Part shown: piece by piece, positions 1-10,190 of the stretch
Position numbering within the stretch: the first letter of the stretch is position 1
Layout of the letters: the number at the start of each line of letters is the position of its first letter
Assembly (NCBI GenBank): GCA_964652355.1
Contig: CAZZAZ010000001.1
Span: 1 to 39,591 of the forward strand
Direction: 5' to 3'
Length of the DNA: 39,591 nucleotides
From: an uncultured Sulfurimonas sp.
GTDB taxonomy: Bacteria; Campylobacterota; Campylobacteria; Campylobacterales; Sulfurimonadaceae
The notes under the pieces: generated by a model
What the model saw: the letters and a program-made list of their open reading frames with translations, nothing else
The model's database searches: none
Told to the model about the DNA's origin: nothing
Position numbers and translations under genes: made by a program

Positions 1-136
1 ATCTATAAACTATCTCAAATTCACTTTTTAAATAATCTTTCATAGTATCTTGAATCGCTACCCCCGAGATATCTTCATAGATACCCTTACTTGCTCTATC
101 ACTTGCTGTTATTACACCTATTTTTATTTCACTCAA
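1..136 (-). CDS. mogA: Molybdopterin adenylyltransferase, 5' part only (runs off the window start; absent from the ORF track)
   Basis: Manual translation from TTG at 136: MSEIKIGVITASDRASKGIYEDISGVAIQDTMKDYLKSEFEIVYR. Matches the MogA N-terminal T-x-SDRAS-x-G-x-YED-x-SG motif; AAGG RBS upstream. Confidence 0.9.
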   Translation of the reverse strand, partial: MSEIKIGVITASDRASKGIYEDISGVAIQDTMKDYLKSEFEIVYR

Positions 137-149
137 TTTTTTTGCCTTT

Positions 150-620
150 TTAGTTTTCTAATGCTGTTTTTAACTCAGCTTCATTTGTAATAAAAGATAT
201 ACTTTTAACTTTTTGATTTTCAAATTTTATAATAGTTACCTTTTCCTCTTTGTGTGGTACATACTTTGCAAACTCTTCATCATAATGTAAATAAATTGTA
301 TGCTTATAATCACGCATCTTTGGTAAAGCGAACATTGTAGTAATGATTGAAGGCATCTCAGAAATATCTGCGATAAATATAGCAGAGACTCTTCCCAGGT
401 ATGGTGGGTATTTTGAATCAAGATACTGATTTACAAGCTTACCTGTGTCTTTTTCAAAAGAGACTACAACAGTCCTTGTACTATCAGAGATATTTAAACT
501 TCTTCCATTTGGATCTTCATAAGCAAATTTTTGTAGCCCGCTTAATGGTGAAGCAAGTTTAAGCGCATCTGCACCAACGATAGATATAGCAAAAGCCAAT
601 AATAGTAATATTTTTTTCAT
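150..620 (-). CDS. Secreted hypothetical protein, possibly thioredoxin-like fold without CxxC
   Basis: 156 aa; signal peptide MKKILLLLAFAISIVGA; conserved-looking ADISxMP...FALPKM segment. Confidence 0.6.
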   Translation of the reverse strand: MKKILLLLAFAISIVGADALKLASPLSGLQKFAYEDPNGRSLNISDSTRTVVVSFEKDTGKLVNQYLDSKYPPYLGRVSAIFIADISEMPSIITTMFALPKMRDYKHTIYLHYDEEFAKYVPHKEEKVTIIKFENQKVKSISFITNEAELKTALEN

Positions 621-657
621 TCGTTATTTCCTTGTAAGAGATTGTACATCTCTTAGA

Positions 658-1401
658 TTAACTAATAGTAAAAACTGGTATCTCTGGGGCTGATTTATAA
701 CGAATACTTACACCCCAGTAACCTAAACCCCTAGTTACAAAAAGCTGTGTACCTTCATGCTTATAAAGACCTGCAAAAAATGGTTGAAATATTTTCACAA
801 TTTTAGTAAATGGAGCAATTTGTCCACCATGAGTATGTCCACTTAACTGTAAATCTATCTTATAACCTTTTGTTAACTTTACATCTTTTGGCTGATGTGC
901 TAAAAGTATTGTTGTTAAATCTTCATCTAAAGAGCTAAAAAGCTTTTTATAATCCCTTTTTACTCCTCTAACAAAACCATACCTATCGCTTAGTCCTACT
1001 AGCTGTAGGGCTGTATTATTTATATAAATAATCTCTTTTTGATTGTCCAAACACTTTATACCAAGCTTTTGTAACTCTGTCTCTAATGCTTTATACCCAT
1101 AAACCATCTCATGATTTCCACTTACAAAATAACATGGCGCTAAAAGCTTTGAAAATGTAGCTAATTGAACCTGTATATTTATAGCAGCAGTTTGTATCAA
1201 GTCACCAGTAAACACTACTAAATCAACCTCTAATGCATTGATTTTTTCTACTAAAGTGTTTAGATATTTTAAATTTACTTTTTTGGTTAGATGTAAGTCT
1301 GAGAGTTGAAGTATTTTTACACCTTTTAAAGAGTTGTCTAAATTTGGTATATTTATACTAACTTCATTAAAAGGAAAGTATTTCCAACCAACTTGCAACA
1401 T
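658..1401 (-). CDS. Calcineurin-like metallophosphoesterase (YkuE/YaeI type)
   Basis: SDLH, TGD, GNHE, AHQP and SGHTHGGQ motifs. Confidence 0.92.
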   Translation of the reverse strand: MLQVGWKYFPFNEVSINIPNLDNSLKGVKILQLSDLHLTKKVNLKYLNTLVEKINALEVDLVVFTGDLIQTAAINIQVQLATFSKLLAPCYFVSGNHEMVYGYKALETELQKLGIKCLDNQKEIIYINNTALQLVGLSDRYGFVRGVKRDYKKLFSSLDEDLTTILLAHQPKDVKLTKGYKIDLQLSGHTHGGQIAPFTKIVKIFQPFFAGLYKHEGTQLFVTRGLGYWGVSIRYKSAPEIPVFTIS

Positions 1402-1923
1402 CTACTCTACCAACAAAAAGTGATTTGCATTTTTTATATATGTTAGAGTACTATATTTTGTAAAATACTCCCTAGCATTTTTTACATCTATAATTTTGTC
1501 TTCAGAGCCTAAATAAACTTCAACTTTAACACCAGCTCTTTGCAATGCTTTAAAATCATCATCAGCCCATACATAAGTTAAAAGCTCTTCTAAATCCTCT
1601 AAAGTATTTTCACTAAACTCTAACTCTCTTGGACTATATGGGGCAAAACAAGCAGCAGAAAACTGTTTTATATATGCCCTGTTATCTTTTTTAAATGCCA
1701 TTAACTGAAGTTTTTTAAACTTTTCTGATTTTGTTTGAAAAAATATTGGTGAAAGCAACTGAAGAGTATCTACTCTTTTTGAGTTTTCTAGCATATTTTT
1801 AACATGATTTAGTGCTTTTAATGAACCATAAGAAAAACCACAAACACTATACTGACTCTCTTTTATATAATCACTAAAAAAATGCTCTTCATTTTGCAAT
1901 GAAAAGCCAGAAAAAAATGTCAT
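1402..1923 (-). CDS. bioV: Pimeloyl-ACP methyl ester esterase BioV
   Basis: Short alpha/beta hydrolase with FFSGF start, GFSYG nucleophile elbow, EDKII and NHFL; lies near the FtsH-like/mtaB/mscS/aroB block as in Helicobacter. Confidence 0.8.
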   Translation of the reverse strand: MTFFSGFSLQNEEHFFSDYIKESQYSVCGFSYGSLKALNHVKNMLENSKRVDTLQLLSPIFFQTKSEKFKKLQLMAFKKDNRAYIKQFSAACFAPYSPRELEFSENTLEDLEELLTYVWADDDFKALQRAGVKVEVYLGSEDKIIDVKNAREYFTKYSTLTYIKNANHFLLVE

Positions 1924-1963
1924 AAAAACCCTTAGAGCTAATTTTATTTATTATATCAGTTCT

Positions 1964-2398
1964 TTATTGAGCAATAACTTTCATTTGTGAGATAATATGA
2001 TCAGCATCATCTCCAAGATGCTGCTGTATCATCGTATATAACATCTGCTCCTCTTTCATGTTGTGCTGTTGCATCAAAATCATAAGTGTCTCAGATAAAC
2101 CAAAGAATTCATCTTTATTGCCAGAATCAACTGCCTTACTCATCTTAGAAAGTAATTCCCTCATCTGCTCATGCTCCATTACCATAACTTGTGTTGGACC
2201 TTGACTCATACCAGTGGTTTGCTCAAACGCTGGAAATAAAACCATCTCTTCCATTTTAAAATGACTTGTAAGTGCGTCAAAAAACTTTTCAAACTTTTCT
2301 AATGCTTCATCATTTTTATTTGCAACAGCCTCTTCCATTTGTGCAAATAGTTCATCACAATCCTTATGGTCTTGTGTCATAAATTCTTTAATATTCAT
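1964..2398 (-). CDS. Hemerythrin (HHE) domain protein
   Basis: DH, HFKMEE..LFP, EHEQMR and HNMKEEQMLY motifs. Confidence 0.9.
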   Translation of the reverse strand: MNIKEFMTQDHKDCDELFAQMEEAVANKNDEALEKFEKFFDALTSHFKMEEMVLFPAFEQTTGMSQGPTQVMVMEHEQMRELLSKMSKAVDSGNKDEFFGLSETLMILMQQHNMKEEQMLYTMIQQHLGDDADHIISQMKVIAQ

Positions 2399-2454
2399 AA
2401 TTATTTATCCTATTAATTTTGACAAAATAATATCTACTTGATTAAATTATATTA

Positions 2455-2468
2455 TTGATTTTCATCAA
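2455..2468. promoter_or_regulatory. Crp/Fnr-family (FNR/Nss-type) box TTGAT-N4-ATCAA
   Basis: Perfect TTGAT-TTTC-ATCAA in the divergent intergenic region; minus-strand -10 TATTAT at 2432-2427. Confidence 0.75.
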
Positions 2469-2497
2469 TTATTGCAGCTCTTATAGTATAATAAATT

Positions 2498-3127
2498 ATG
2501 AATAATTTACCATTACACAATATTTTTATACCAGCGAAGGTTGAGTCAAAAAAACTTATGATAATTTTACACGGTCGTGGGGATTCATCTGAAGGTTTCA
2601 CAGGATTACCAGAATTTTTAGATATACCTGAAATGAACTACCTTTTACTTGATGCACCATTTGAATACTTTACAGGATATTCATGGTATCAACTACCACC
2701 AAAACAACTACCAGGCATAGAATACTCCTCTAAAATACTAACTCAAATCTTAGATGAGTTATTTAAAGAACAATTCAATGCAGATGAGAGTTTTTTATTT
2801 GGTTTTTCTCAAGGCTCACTTTTAACTTTTGAGTTTGGAGCAAGATACAGAAAGGTTTTAGCTGGTTATATCGCAGTAAGTGGTTATATCTATGATGCAG
2901 ATATACTAGCAAAAGAGATAAAGGAAGATGTTAAAAAATCTAACTGGCTATGTACGCATGGAACACATGATGATGTACTTCCAATTGAGACATCAACAAA
3001 ACAAGTAAAAATACTTCAAGATGCTGGTTTAGATATAGAGTTTAAAAGCTACAAAAAAGACCACTCTATAGATAGAGATGAGCTTCTTATGATTTCAAAA
3101 TGGATGAAAGAGATTATACAGAGATAA
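2498..3127 (+). CDS. Phospholipase/carboxylesterase family alpha/beta hydrolase
   Basis: LHGRG, GFSQG, HGTHDDVL and terminal His (KDHSI). Confidence 0.9.
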   Translation: MNNLPLHNIFIPAKVESKKLMIILHGRGDSSEGFTGLPEFLDIPEMNYLLLDAPFEYFTGYSWYQLPPKQLPGIEYSSKILTQILDELFKEQFNADESFLFGFSQGSLLTFEFGARYRKVLAGYIAVSGYIYDADILAKEIKEDVKKSNWLCTHGTHDDVLPIETSTKQVKILQDAGLDIEFKSYKKDHSIDRDELLMISKWMKEIIQR

Positions 3128-4751
3128 TCTCAGCTACATTTTCTTTTGTGATACTTTCTCTTTCATTTAATATAGTTTCAACTTTTACCTGCATATCTTG
3201 CATAGTTTGCAAGAGTTGTTTTGTTTCCTCATAAAGACAACTCATTAAACTCTCTTGTTCACTGTCATTTGCAATTAGTGTAGTCCCCATCCCATAATCT
3301 AAAATCATCTTATTTGTAAGCTCTTTTGCTTCAGCTAAATCACTCTTTGCACTACTAGCATGTTCATTAAAACGTAAAGCACAACCAGCCATTCCAGCTA
3401 ATAGCATCTTTACACGAGATTCTAACTCATGCTTTACAAGTGGTTCATCTGTTAATGGTGTTAGTCTCTCATTTGAAAGCATAAGTTTCTCAAATGGCAA
3501 ATCAAAATAAGTAGCTACCATAACTTTAGAAGCTTGGTAAGTTACTCGGTATTGTTTTTGTTCATCATTTAGCATTTGAAGTTTTTTCTTTCCAAACATT
3601 ACCTTGTCTTTTACCTGATGGAAGTGTTCTATACTTACTTTAAAATCATTTTGACGAAGAGATAAAAGTGCAGCTTCATTTACTAAAGTAGCTAAAGCTG
3701 CACCATTAAAACCAACTGTCATATTTGCGACAACAGTAGTATCTAAATCATGTGGTACTTTATTAAGATACTTTGTAAGTATAGATTCACGTTCTCGTTT
3801 TGTTGGAAGTTCAACAAATATACGTCTATCAAATCTACCTGCACGAAGAAGTGCTTCATCAAGGACATCTATCTTATTTGTAGCAGCTACAACGATAACT
3901 CCACTAGAGTTTTCAAACCCATCCATCTCTGTTAAAAGTTGATTTAGAGTAGCTTCTCTCTCATCATTTCTTGAGCCATCTCTTTTTTTACCAACTGCAT
4001 CAATTTCATCAATAAAAACAATAGATGGTGAATTATTTTTTGCAGCTTCAAAAAGCTCATGGACTCGTTTTGCACCCATACCTACATAGATTTGAACAAA
4101 AGATGCACCACTTTGATAGTAAAATGGAACACCCGCGGCATTTGCTACTGCTTTAGCAATCATAGTCTTACCAACACCAGGAGGACCAACTAAAAGTACA
4201 CCCCGTGGCATACGAGCTCCAAAACTTTTGTATCGTGCTGAATTTTTCATAAAATCTATAATCTCTTCTAGCTCTATTTTAACATCAGAGATTCCACCAA
4301 TATCATCAAAGGTAACATCGGACTTTAGAGCTTCAACTGGTTGTGAACTTTCAGATTCAGCTCTTAATTGTGCATTTTTAATTGCCGATTTTGTTGTTGG
4401 TTGATTTCTTTGAAGCCATTTGTAAAAAAGTGAACCCACACCTAATAATAAAACAAAAACTAAAAGATAAACTATAACATTAGAACCACTTTGAACTTCA
4501 ACTTTATAATCTATGAACATTTTAGGAGTAACTTGTGATGAAGCTATTTTATAGACTTCATCTTGTGTTTTTAAATAGACATATTTTTTTGAAATTATTA
4601 CATTTGTAACGCTTTGATTATTTAAAATTTCATTTGCATCTTTAAGTGTAATTGGTGTTGCATTATCACGAAGAATTGCGAAAAGAACTAACACTACAAT
4701 AAAAAATGCTGAAACATATACGGCCATTCTATTTGATTTAAACTCTAGCAT
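3114..4751 (-). CDS. FtsH-like membrane AAA+ ATPase with degenerate M41 protease domain
   Basis: Two TM segments, GPPGVGKT, FIDEID, TLNQLLTEMDGF and RAGRFDR; the HExxH position reads TYQASK. Confidence 0.9.
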   Translation of the reverse strand: MLEFKSNRMAVYVSAFFIVVLVLFAILRDNATPITLKDANEILNNQSVTNVIISKKYVYLKTQDEVYKIASSQVTPKMFIDYKVEVQSGSNVIVYLLVFVLLLGVGSLFYKWLQRNQPTTKSAIKNAQLRAESESSQPVEALKSDVTFDDIGGISDVKIELEEIIDFMKNSARYKSFGARMPRGVLLVGPPGVGKTMIAKAVANAAGVPFYYQSGASFVQIYVGMGAKRVHELFEAAKNNSPSIVFIDEIDAVGKKRDGSRNDEREATLNQLLTEMDGFENSSGVIVVAATNKIDVLDEALLRAGRFDRRIFVELPTKRERESILTKYLNKVPHDLDTTVVANMTVGFNGAALATLVNEAALLSLRQNDFKVSIEHFHQVKDKVMFGKKKLQMLNDEQKQYRVTYQASKVMVATYFDLPFEKLMLSNERLTPLTDEPLVKHELESRVKMLLAGMAGCALRFNEHASSAKSDLAEAKELTNKMILDYGMGTTLIANDSEQESLMSCLYEETKQLLQTMQDMQVKVETILNERESITKENVAEIISV

Positions 4752-5982
4752 AGTTAAACTCCTCTTTTACTTCATAATCACTTATATTTAGCCAGTTACC
4801 AAGTAAATCTTCATCTGATTCTAGTACAACTTTATTAAAATGTTGATCGTAACCATGATACAGTCCATCTTTTTTACCCTCTATCAGGACTTCTAGTTCT
4901 CCATCAAAAGCTTTTCTAAATTCATAATTTTTCTGCTTGATTAAAGCTTCAATCTCATGTAATCTTTGTTTTGCCAACTTACCATTTATCTCTGGCTTCA
5001 TAGTTGCAGATGCAGTACCATCACGCTTAGAGTAAGAAAAAGCATGTATATGAGTTAAAGGTAAATCTTTTGCATTTATCGTAGCCTCATTCCAAATTTC
5101 TTCACTTTCACCAGGATGACCAGTGATAAAATCAGTTCCAATTGCAAAACCTTTAGATGACAGAAGCTCAAACAACTTTTTATCTTGCTTATATACATTT
5201 CTTCTACTCATAATTTTTAGCATATCAGGGGAAGTATGCTGAAGTGCGATGTGTAAATGTTTTTCAAGCCAAGGCTCATCAAGAAGTTCTAAAAACTCAT
5301 CTGTTATTTGGATAGGTTCTACGCTTCCAAGCCTTATCCTTCTAACACCACGAATAACAGAGATTCTCTTCATAAGCTTTGCTAAAGAGGTATCAGTATC
5401 TTGGCCATATGAGCCAACATTTGTGCCAGTTAAGATAAATTCACCAAAACCATTTAGGGCAAGCCTCGTGATCTGTTCAAGTATCCCCTCTTCATCCATA
5501 CTTCTTGCAATTCCACGAACAGATGGAATAATACAATAAGAACAAGAGAAGTTACAACCCTCTTGAATCTTTATAAAGGCCCTACTCTTTCCAACAAAAT
5601 CATCAACGATAGTTTTATCTATATGGTTTAAATCACCTGGCTCATAGTATGGTTTTTCACGCGAGAGCATAGAGTCAATTTTAAGTTTTTCACTTTGACC
5701 AAACACTCCAGCAACGCGACCTTGCGCTAAAAGGCTTTCACCTTTTGTATGAGCACCACAACCTGTTAAAAATACTTTTGCATCATTTGTTTTTTCTAGC
5801 TGTGAGATGTATGAGCGGACATGTGTATCCGCTCCATTTGTTACCGTACATGAGTTTATAACAACTACATCAGCTTCATCTTCCACTTCTGTAATCTCGT
5901 ACTCTTTTAGAGCACCCATCATAACCTGAGAATCATAAAGGTTTGTTCTACAGCCAAATGTTTTAAAGTACACTTTTTTCAT
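4738..5982 (-). CDS. mtaB: tRNA t6A37 methylthiotransferase MtaB (radical SAM)
   Basis: TFGCRTN, NSCTVT, TGC, KIQEGCNFSCSYCIIP (CxxxCxxC); C-terminal TRAM-like region. Confidence 0.9.
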   Translation of the reverse strand: MKKVYFKTFGCRTNLYDSQVMMGALKEYEITEVEDEADVVVINSCTVTNGADTHVRSYISQLEKTNDAKVFLTGCGAHTKGESLLAQGRVAGVFGQSEKLKIDSMLSREKPYYEPGDLNHIDKTIVDDFVGKSRAFIKIQEGCNFSCSYCIIPSVRGIARSMDEEGILEQITRLALNGFGEFILTGTNVGSYGQDTDTSLAKLMKRISVIRGVRRIRLGSVEPIQITDEFLELLDEPWLEKHLHIALQHTSPDMLKIMSRRNVYKQDKKLFELLSSKGFAIGTDFITGHPGESEEIWNEATINAKDLPLTHIHAFSYSKRDGTASATMKPEINGKLAKQRLHEIEALIKQKNYEFRKAFDGELEVLIEGKKDGLYHGYDQHFNKVVLESDEDLLGNWLNISDYEVKEEFNYARV

Positions 5983-5985
5983 AAA

Positions 5986-7665
5986 CTATGCCAAATCCTC
6001 TTGCTCAACTGCAAATGGTGGTTTTTTTCTTTTTGCTGATTCTTCCATATGTAACATTTGAGTTGGGTAAGCTATGGTAATATCATCAGCTTCATTAAAA
6101 GCATCTACAATTTCAAGCGAGATAACACTTCTAAGAGTTAAAGTCGCATAAGCATTTGTTAGATACCAAGAGTCAATACTAATACCACTAGGCTCAATAA
6201 ATGAAAAAATCCTAGGTTCAACATTTGTGTTTTTTAAAGAGTACTGATTTCTAAGTTTATTTAACTGCTTTCTTGTAATATCTGTATAACCTTTAGAGTA
6301 TTTTCTAACTATCTCTTTTGCTAAATGAAGAGCTTTTTTATGATTTGAATCGTAAGTTATCGTTATATGGACACCATCCCAAACAGTCTTTAATGATGAG
6401 TGAGTATAGTTTGCAATTAGATTTGTAAATATATAGTTGTTTGGTACAAATATAATCCTACCTGCACGTCTATTTTTTGTAATAGCAGTTAGAGTAATAT
6501 CTTCTAAAATTGTCATACGTAAAAGTGAAATATCCATAACATCACCAACATACTTCATACCATCCATATCTACACGAATTCTATCTCCAACATGGATACT
6601 TCCACCAAAGACTATCACTAACCAACCTAAAATAGACATAAACCAATCTTTCATAGCGATGGCGATACCGGCTGATGCAAAACCTAAGATAGTAACTAAG
6701 TAAGAAGCATTTTCTAAGTAAGAGAAAAATACAACTAAAATAACAATGGTAAAAGTTATAAAAGTAATAATTTTATTTGCCATGTAAAATCGTTCATTAT
6801 CTGTAATATACTTTTTTACTACAAGTTTAAGTAGGAAGAATATAACAAATACAAAAAGAACAACCATACCAATTTTTGCTAATTTTAAAACCTGAACTTT
6901 AATCTCTTTGTTGATTGTTACCTCTAAAAGTTCAACCCGTTTTTTATAAACATCTGCAGTAACAAGCATCGTGTCAAGCGCTATCTCAAATCTCTCTAGC
7001 TGCTTGGCTTTCATTTGAGCATCTTTTTTATACTCTTTATTTATATCTAAAACAGATATATCTTCATAAACTTTTTTCTCTTTAGCAAGAAGGTCAATAA
7101 GTTCAATAAGCTTATTTTTGTTTAATATATAGTCATTAAATCCACGATCCAAGCTCTCAACAAGTGATAATCCAGTAAAAATATCAAAAGGATTGGTAAT
7201 ATGAGGAATTTCATCAATATTTGGAGGTGTAATTAGTTTTGAAAATGGTGCAGTGTCTTTTTCTTTTAACTTCTCTAACTCTGAACGAACTATCTTTTCT
7301 TTTGAAACTAAAGCAGAGAGTTCATCTCTTTGAGCTGCTGTTTTTCTTCTTTTTTTCTCTAACAGTTTGATTCTTTTTCTAATCTTTTTTAGACCATCAC
7401 GAACCTCTAGTGATGTAAGATATGAAGAATAACTTTTTGTCCAAACTTTTTCTTGTGATATTTCAGACTCTATCTCTTGTAAATCTTTTTTGTATTCTGC
7501 AATTTTTTCTAGTCTTTTTTCTTCAGTTTCTTTAGCAATCCGCTGCTCTTCTTGTTTTTGAATTTTAGCCTCTAAAGCTAGCTCTTCTTTAGATACTTTT
7601 GCCTCTAAGGCTAGAGGGAGTGTTAAAACAAAGATAAATAAAAAGAAAGAGAGTAACCTAGCCAT
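5986..7665 (-). CDS. MscS-family mechanosensitive channel with long periplasmic coiled coil
   Basis: Signal peptide, coiled coil, TM helices, GDRIRV and VPNNYIF motifs. Confidence 0.88.
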   Translation of the reverse strand: MARLLSFFLFIFVLTLPLALEAKVSKEELALEAKIQKQEEQRIAKETEEKRLEKIAEYKKDLQEIESEISQEKVWTKSYSSYLTSLEVRDGLKKIRKRIKLLEKKRRKTAAQRDELSALVSKEKIVRSELEKLKEKDTAPFSKLITPPNIDEIPHITNPFDIFTGLSLVESLDRGFNDYILNKNKLIELIDLLAKEKKVYEDISVLDINKEYKKDAQMKAKQLERFEIALDTMLVTADVYKKRVELLEVTINKEIKVQVLKLAKIGMVVLFVFVIFFLLKLVVKKYITDNERFYMANKIITFITFTIVILVVFFSYLENASYLVTILGFASAGIAIAMKDWFMSILGWLVIVFGGSIHVGDRIRVDMDGMKYVGDVMDISLLRMTILEDITLTAITKNRRAGRIIFVPNNYIFTNLIANYTHSSLKTVWDGVHITITYDSNHKKALHLAKEIVRKYSKGYTDITRKQLNKLRNQYSLKNTNVEPRIFSFIEPSGISIDSWYLTNAYATLTLRSVISLEIVDAFNEADDITIAYPTQMLHMEESAKRKKPPFAVEQEDLA

Positions 7666-8715
7666 TTAATTTTCTCCAAAATTATTTAAAACAGAGAGAA
7701 TCATCTCTTTTTCACACTCATCAGTAATTTTAACATTACCTAGACCCACTGGGATTATAAAAGTTATTTTAGAATCAGCACTTTTTTTATCTAAGAAAAA
7801 AGTTTCATAAAAACTATTAGTATCTTTTATCACATAACTTGTCGGTAGATCGTACTTTTGAAGCAATTGTTTAACCCTATTTGCCTCATCTTGATTCATT
7901 AGACCCATTTTCACAGATACTTCGTTTGCCATAACCATACCAATAGCTACAGCTTCACCGTGAAGATATTTTTTATATTTTGTTTCATTTTCTATAACAT
8001 GACCAAATGTATGACCATAGTTTAAAGCAGCACGTATTCCATGCTCTTTTTCATCTTGGGCGACAACATTTGCTTTTGTTTGCACAGCTTGTTGGATTAG
8101 TTCTTCTACAACTTTTTCATCTCTTAAGTCTGCACCCTCTAAGTACTCAAAAAAATCTTTATTAAAAGTAACTGCCATTTTTACTATCTCAGCAACTCCT
8201 GCACCAAACTCACGAGCAGGAAGAGTTGTTAAAAAGAAAGGATCTATATATACAGCCTTAGGTTGATGAAAAGCACCAATAAGGTTTTTCCCGTATTTAT
8301 TGTTCATACCAGTTTTTCCACCAACACTTGCATCGACTTGACTTAAAAGTGTTGTAGGAATTTGAATAAAGTCAATCCCTCGCTGATAGATACTAGAGGC
8401 ATATCCCGTCATATCACCAATAACACCACCACCAAAAGCTATAAGCATTGATTTACGGTTAAAACGATTTTCAAACATTGACTCTAAAATCTCATCAATA
8501 CTTGCTTGATTCTTATATTCTTCACCATCTTTTAGAGTTATAACATGTAACTCTTTTGCAGAGATTTTAGATAGTAAGTATTCTAAATGTAAATCTGAAA
8601 CTGTATTGTTTGTAACTATGGCTACTTTTGTATCAAAATGAAGCTTAGGAAGTGTGTCTATTGTTATATCGTATGAATTGTCTACTACTTTTTTAAGTGC
8701 AATGTTTACCTGCAT
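7666..8715 (-). CDS. aroB: 3-dehydroquinate synthase
   Basis: GGGVIGD, PTTLLSQVDASVGGKTG, LNYGHTFGH and LHGEAV motifs. Confidence 0.97.
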   Translation of the reverse strand: MQVNIALKKVVDNSYDITIDTLPKLHFDTKVAIVTNNTVSDLHLEYLLSKISAKELHVITLKDGEEYKNQASIDEILESMFENRFNRKSMLIAFGGGVIGDMTGYASSIYQRGIDFIQIPTTLLSQVDASVGGKTGMNNKYGKNLIGAFHQPKAVYIDPFFLTTLPAREFGAGVAEIVKMAVTFNKDFFEYLEGADLRDEKVVEELIQQAVQTKANVVAQDEKEHGIRAALNYGHTFGHVIENETKYKKYLHGEAVAIGMVMANEVSVKMGLMNQDEANRVKQLLQKYDLPTSYVIKDTNSFYETFFLDKKSADSKITFIIPVGLGNVKITDECEKEMILSVLNNFGEN

Positions 8716-8783
8716 TATTTATCCAAAATATTAATTTAATTATTAGGTAGATAATACTCTAAAATTACTAAGATTTGGCTAAA

Positions 8784-10190
8784 TTATATCTGAACAGGTA
8801 TAAATATTTGATGGTACTCATCCAACTTGTGGTAGAGTTTCTCACTATCTGTTGATAACAACGAGAGTATCCTTCTTTGAGTGAGTTTTTTTGTAAATGG
8901 TAAAAGTTGTATAAAGTTGTCTTTTTTATTTAAAACTTTTATAGGATTATCGCTCTCTTTTATAACCTCAATTTTTTTAGAAAAAATAGCCGAAAGATTA
9001 TAATAATGCTCAATTACCTGTTCTTTTTCATCCTGATGTTCGCTCATGTAGTTATAAAGGTCAATATTTAGATTCATCTGTTCAGATATATCATAAATGG
9101 TAGTAGATATTTTTTCCAAATCTCTGTTATCCCCCAAAATAAGAGCTGCATCTTTTAAAGTATCTATCTCTTTGTTAGAAATTTTAAATATAGGCACATG
9201 AGCTTCATAAAGCATTTTTCTAACTTTATAATCCTTAAACGTATCATTTGAAACCATAACTAAACCAACATGATAAGTTTTTATATCATTATAAAAACTT
9301 GTATATAAATCTAGTGTATCATATTTGACATCTATTGTTACATTATCACTTGCGTACTCTTTTATTTTCCAAATTTGTTCTATGTTGTTTGGGTTTACTA
9401 TCTTAATTATTAGATTATGTTTAAACTTTTCATAAGCAAATATTGCCCTTTGGATATGCTCGTCTAGTGTATTTAAATCAACTAGATTCATATCTATATA
9501 AAGATAAATATTTGAGCCAAAAGGTTCTGGAAACTGTCCAAGTTCTCTTTTTATCGCACGATATACTGACTTTAAAACACTAGCCTCACCAACTAAAAGA
9601 AGCAAGTCATTTGGTTGAATCATTCTACGACGATTTGGAAGAAGGAGTTGTTTATCCCTATATATGGCAACTATTCGCCAATTTTTTTGCTCTATTACAC
9701 CTAAGTGCCTATAAACAAAAGAGGAACCAAAGGGAACTAAAACTTCCATTATTTCACCCTTACCAAGACCAACATTTTGTGCGATAACTGGGACATTAGG
9801 TAAATAATCAATAAGACGAGAAGATAAAATCTCATTTGAGTTTACTGAAATTATATTTGAATCTTCACTCCCTAAATTCCACTTATTTAAAACAACTATA
9901 CGAAGCTGTTTTTTAACACTTCTTATGTTTTTAATAGTATGTTCAACATCTGTTTGGTTGTCCATAACTATTAGAACTTGAACAAACTCCATCTTTAAAA
10001 GGTTTGCTAACTTATAGAGAGATGTTGGATCAAACTCATAAAACTTAAAACGACGTGGATTTATACCTTCATACTCTTTAGCTCTACTTTGAACAACATA
10101 GTAAATATTTTCACTAGTGTAAGTCTGGGCAATTCTTTGAACAAAGTGTTCACCTGTTTCACCATCGCTAATTATAAGTATTTTTTTCAT
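8784..10190 (-). CDS. COG3400-family protein with RCK/TrkA-N and TrkA-C domains
   Basis: N-terminal Rossmann-like start; GEIMEV.VP.GS and IVAIYR....P TrkA-C signature; upstream of aroB as in other Campylobacterota. Confidence 0.8.
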   Translation of the reverse strand: MKKILIISDGETGEHFVQRIAQTYTSENIYYVVQSRAKEYEGINPRRFKFYEFDPTSLYKLANLLKMEFVQVLIVMDNQTDVEHTIKNIRSVKKQLRIVVLNKWNLGSEDSNIISVNSNEILSSRLIDYLPNVPVIAQNVGLGKGEIMEVLVPFGSSFVYRHLGVIEQKNWRIVAIYRDKQLLLPNRRRMIQPNDLLLLVGEASVLKSVYRAIKRELGQFPEPFGSNIYLYIDMNLVDLNTLDEHIQRAIFAYEKFKHNLIIKIVNPNNIEQIWKIKEYASDNVTIDVKYDTLDLYTSFYNDIKTYHVGLVMVSNDTFKDYKVRKMLYEAHVPIFKISNKEIDTLKDAALILGDNRDLEKISTTIYDISEQMNLNIDLYNYMSEHQDEKEQVIEHYYNLSAIFSKKIEVIKESDNPIKVLNKKDNFIQLLPFTKKLTQRRILSLLSTDSEKLYHKLDEYHQIFIPVQI

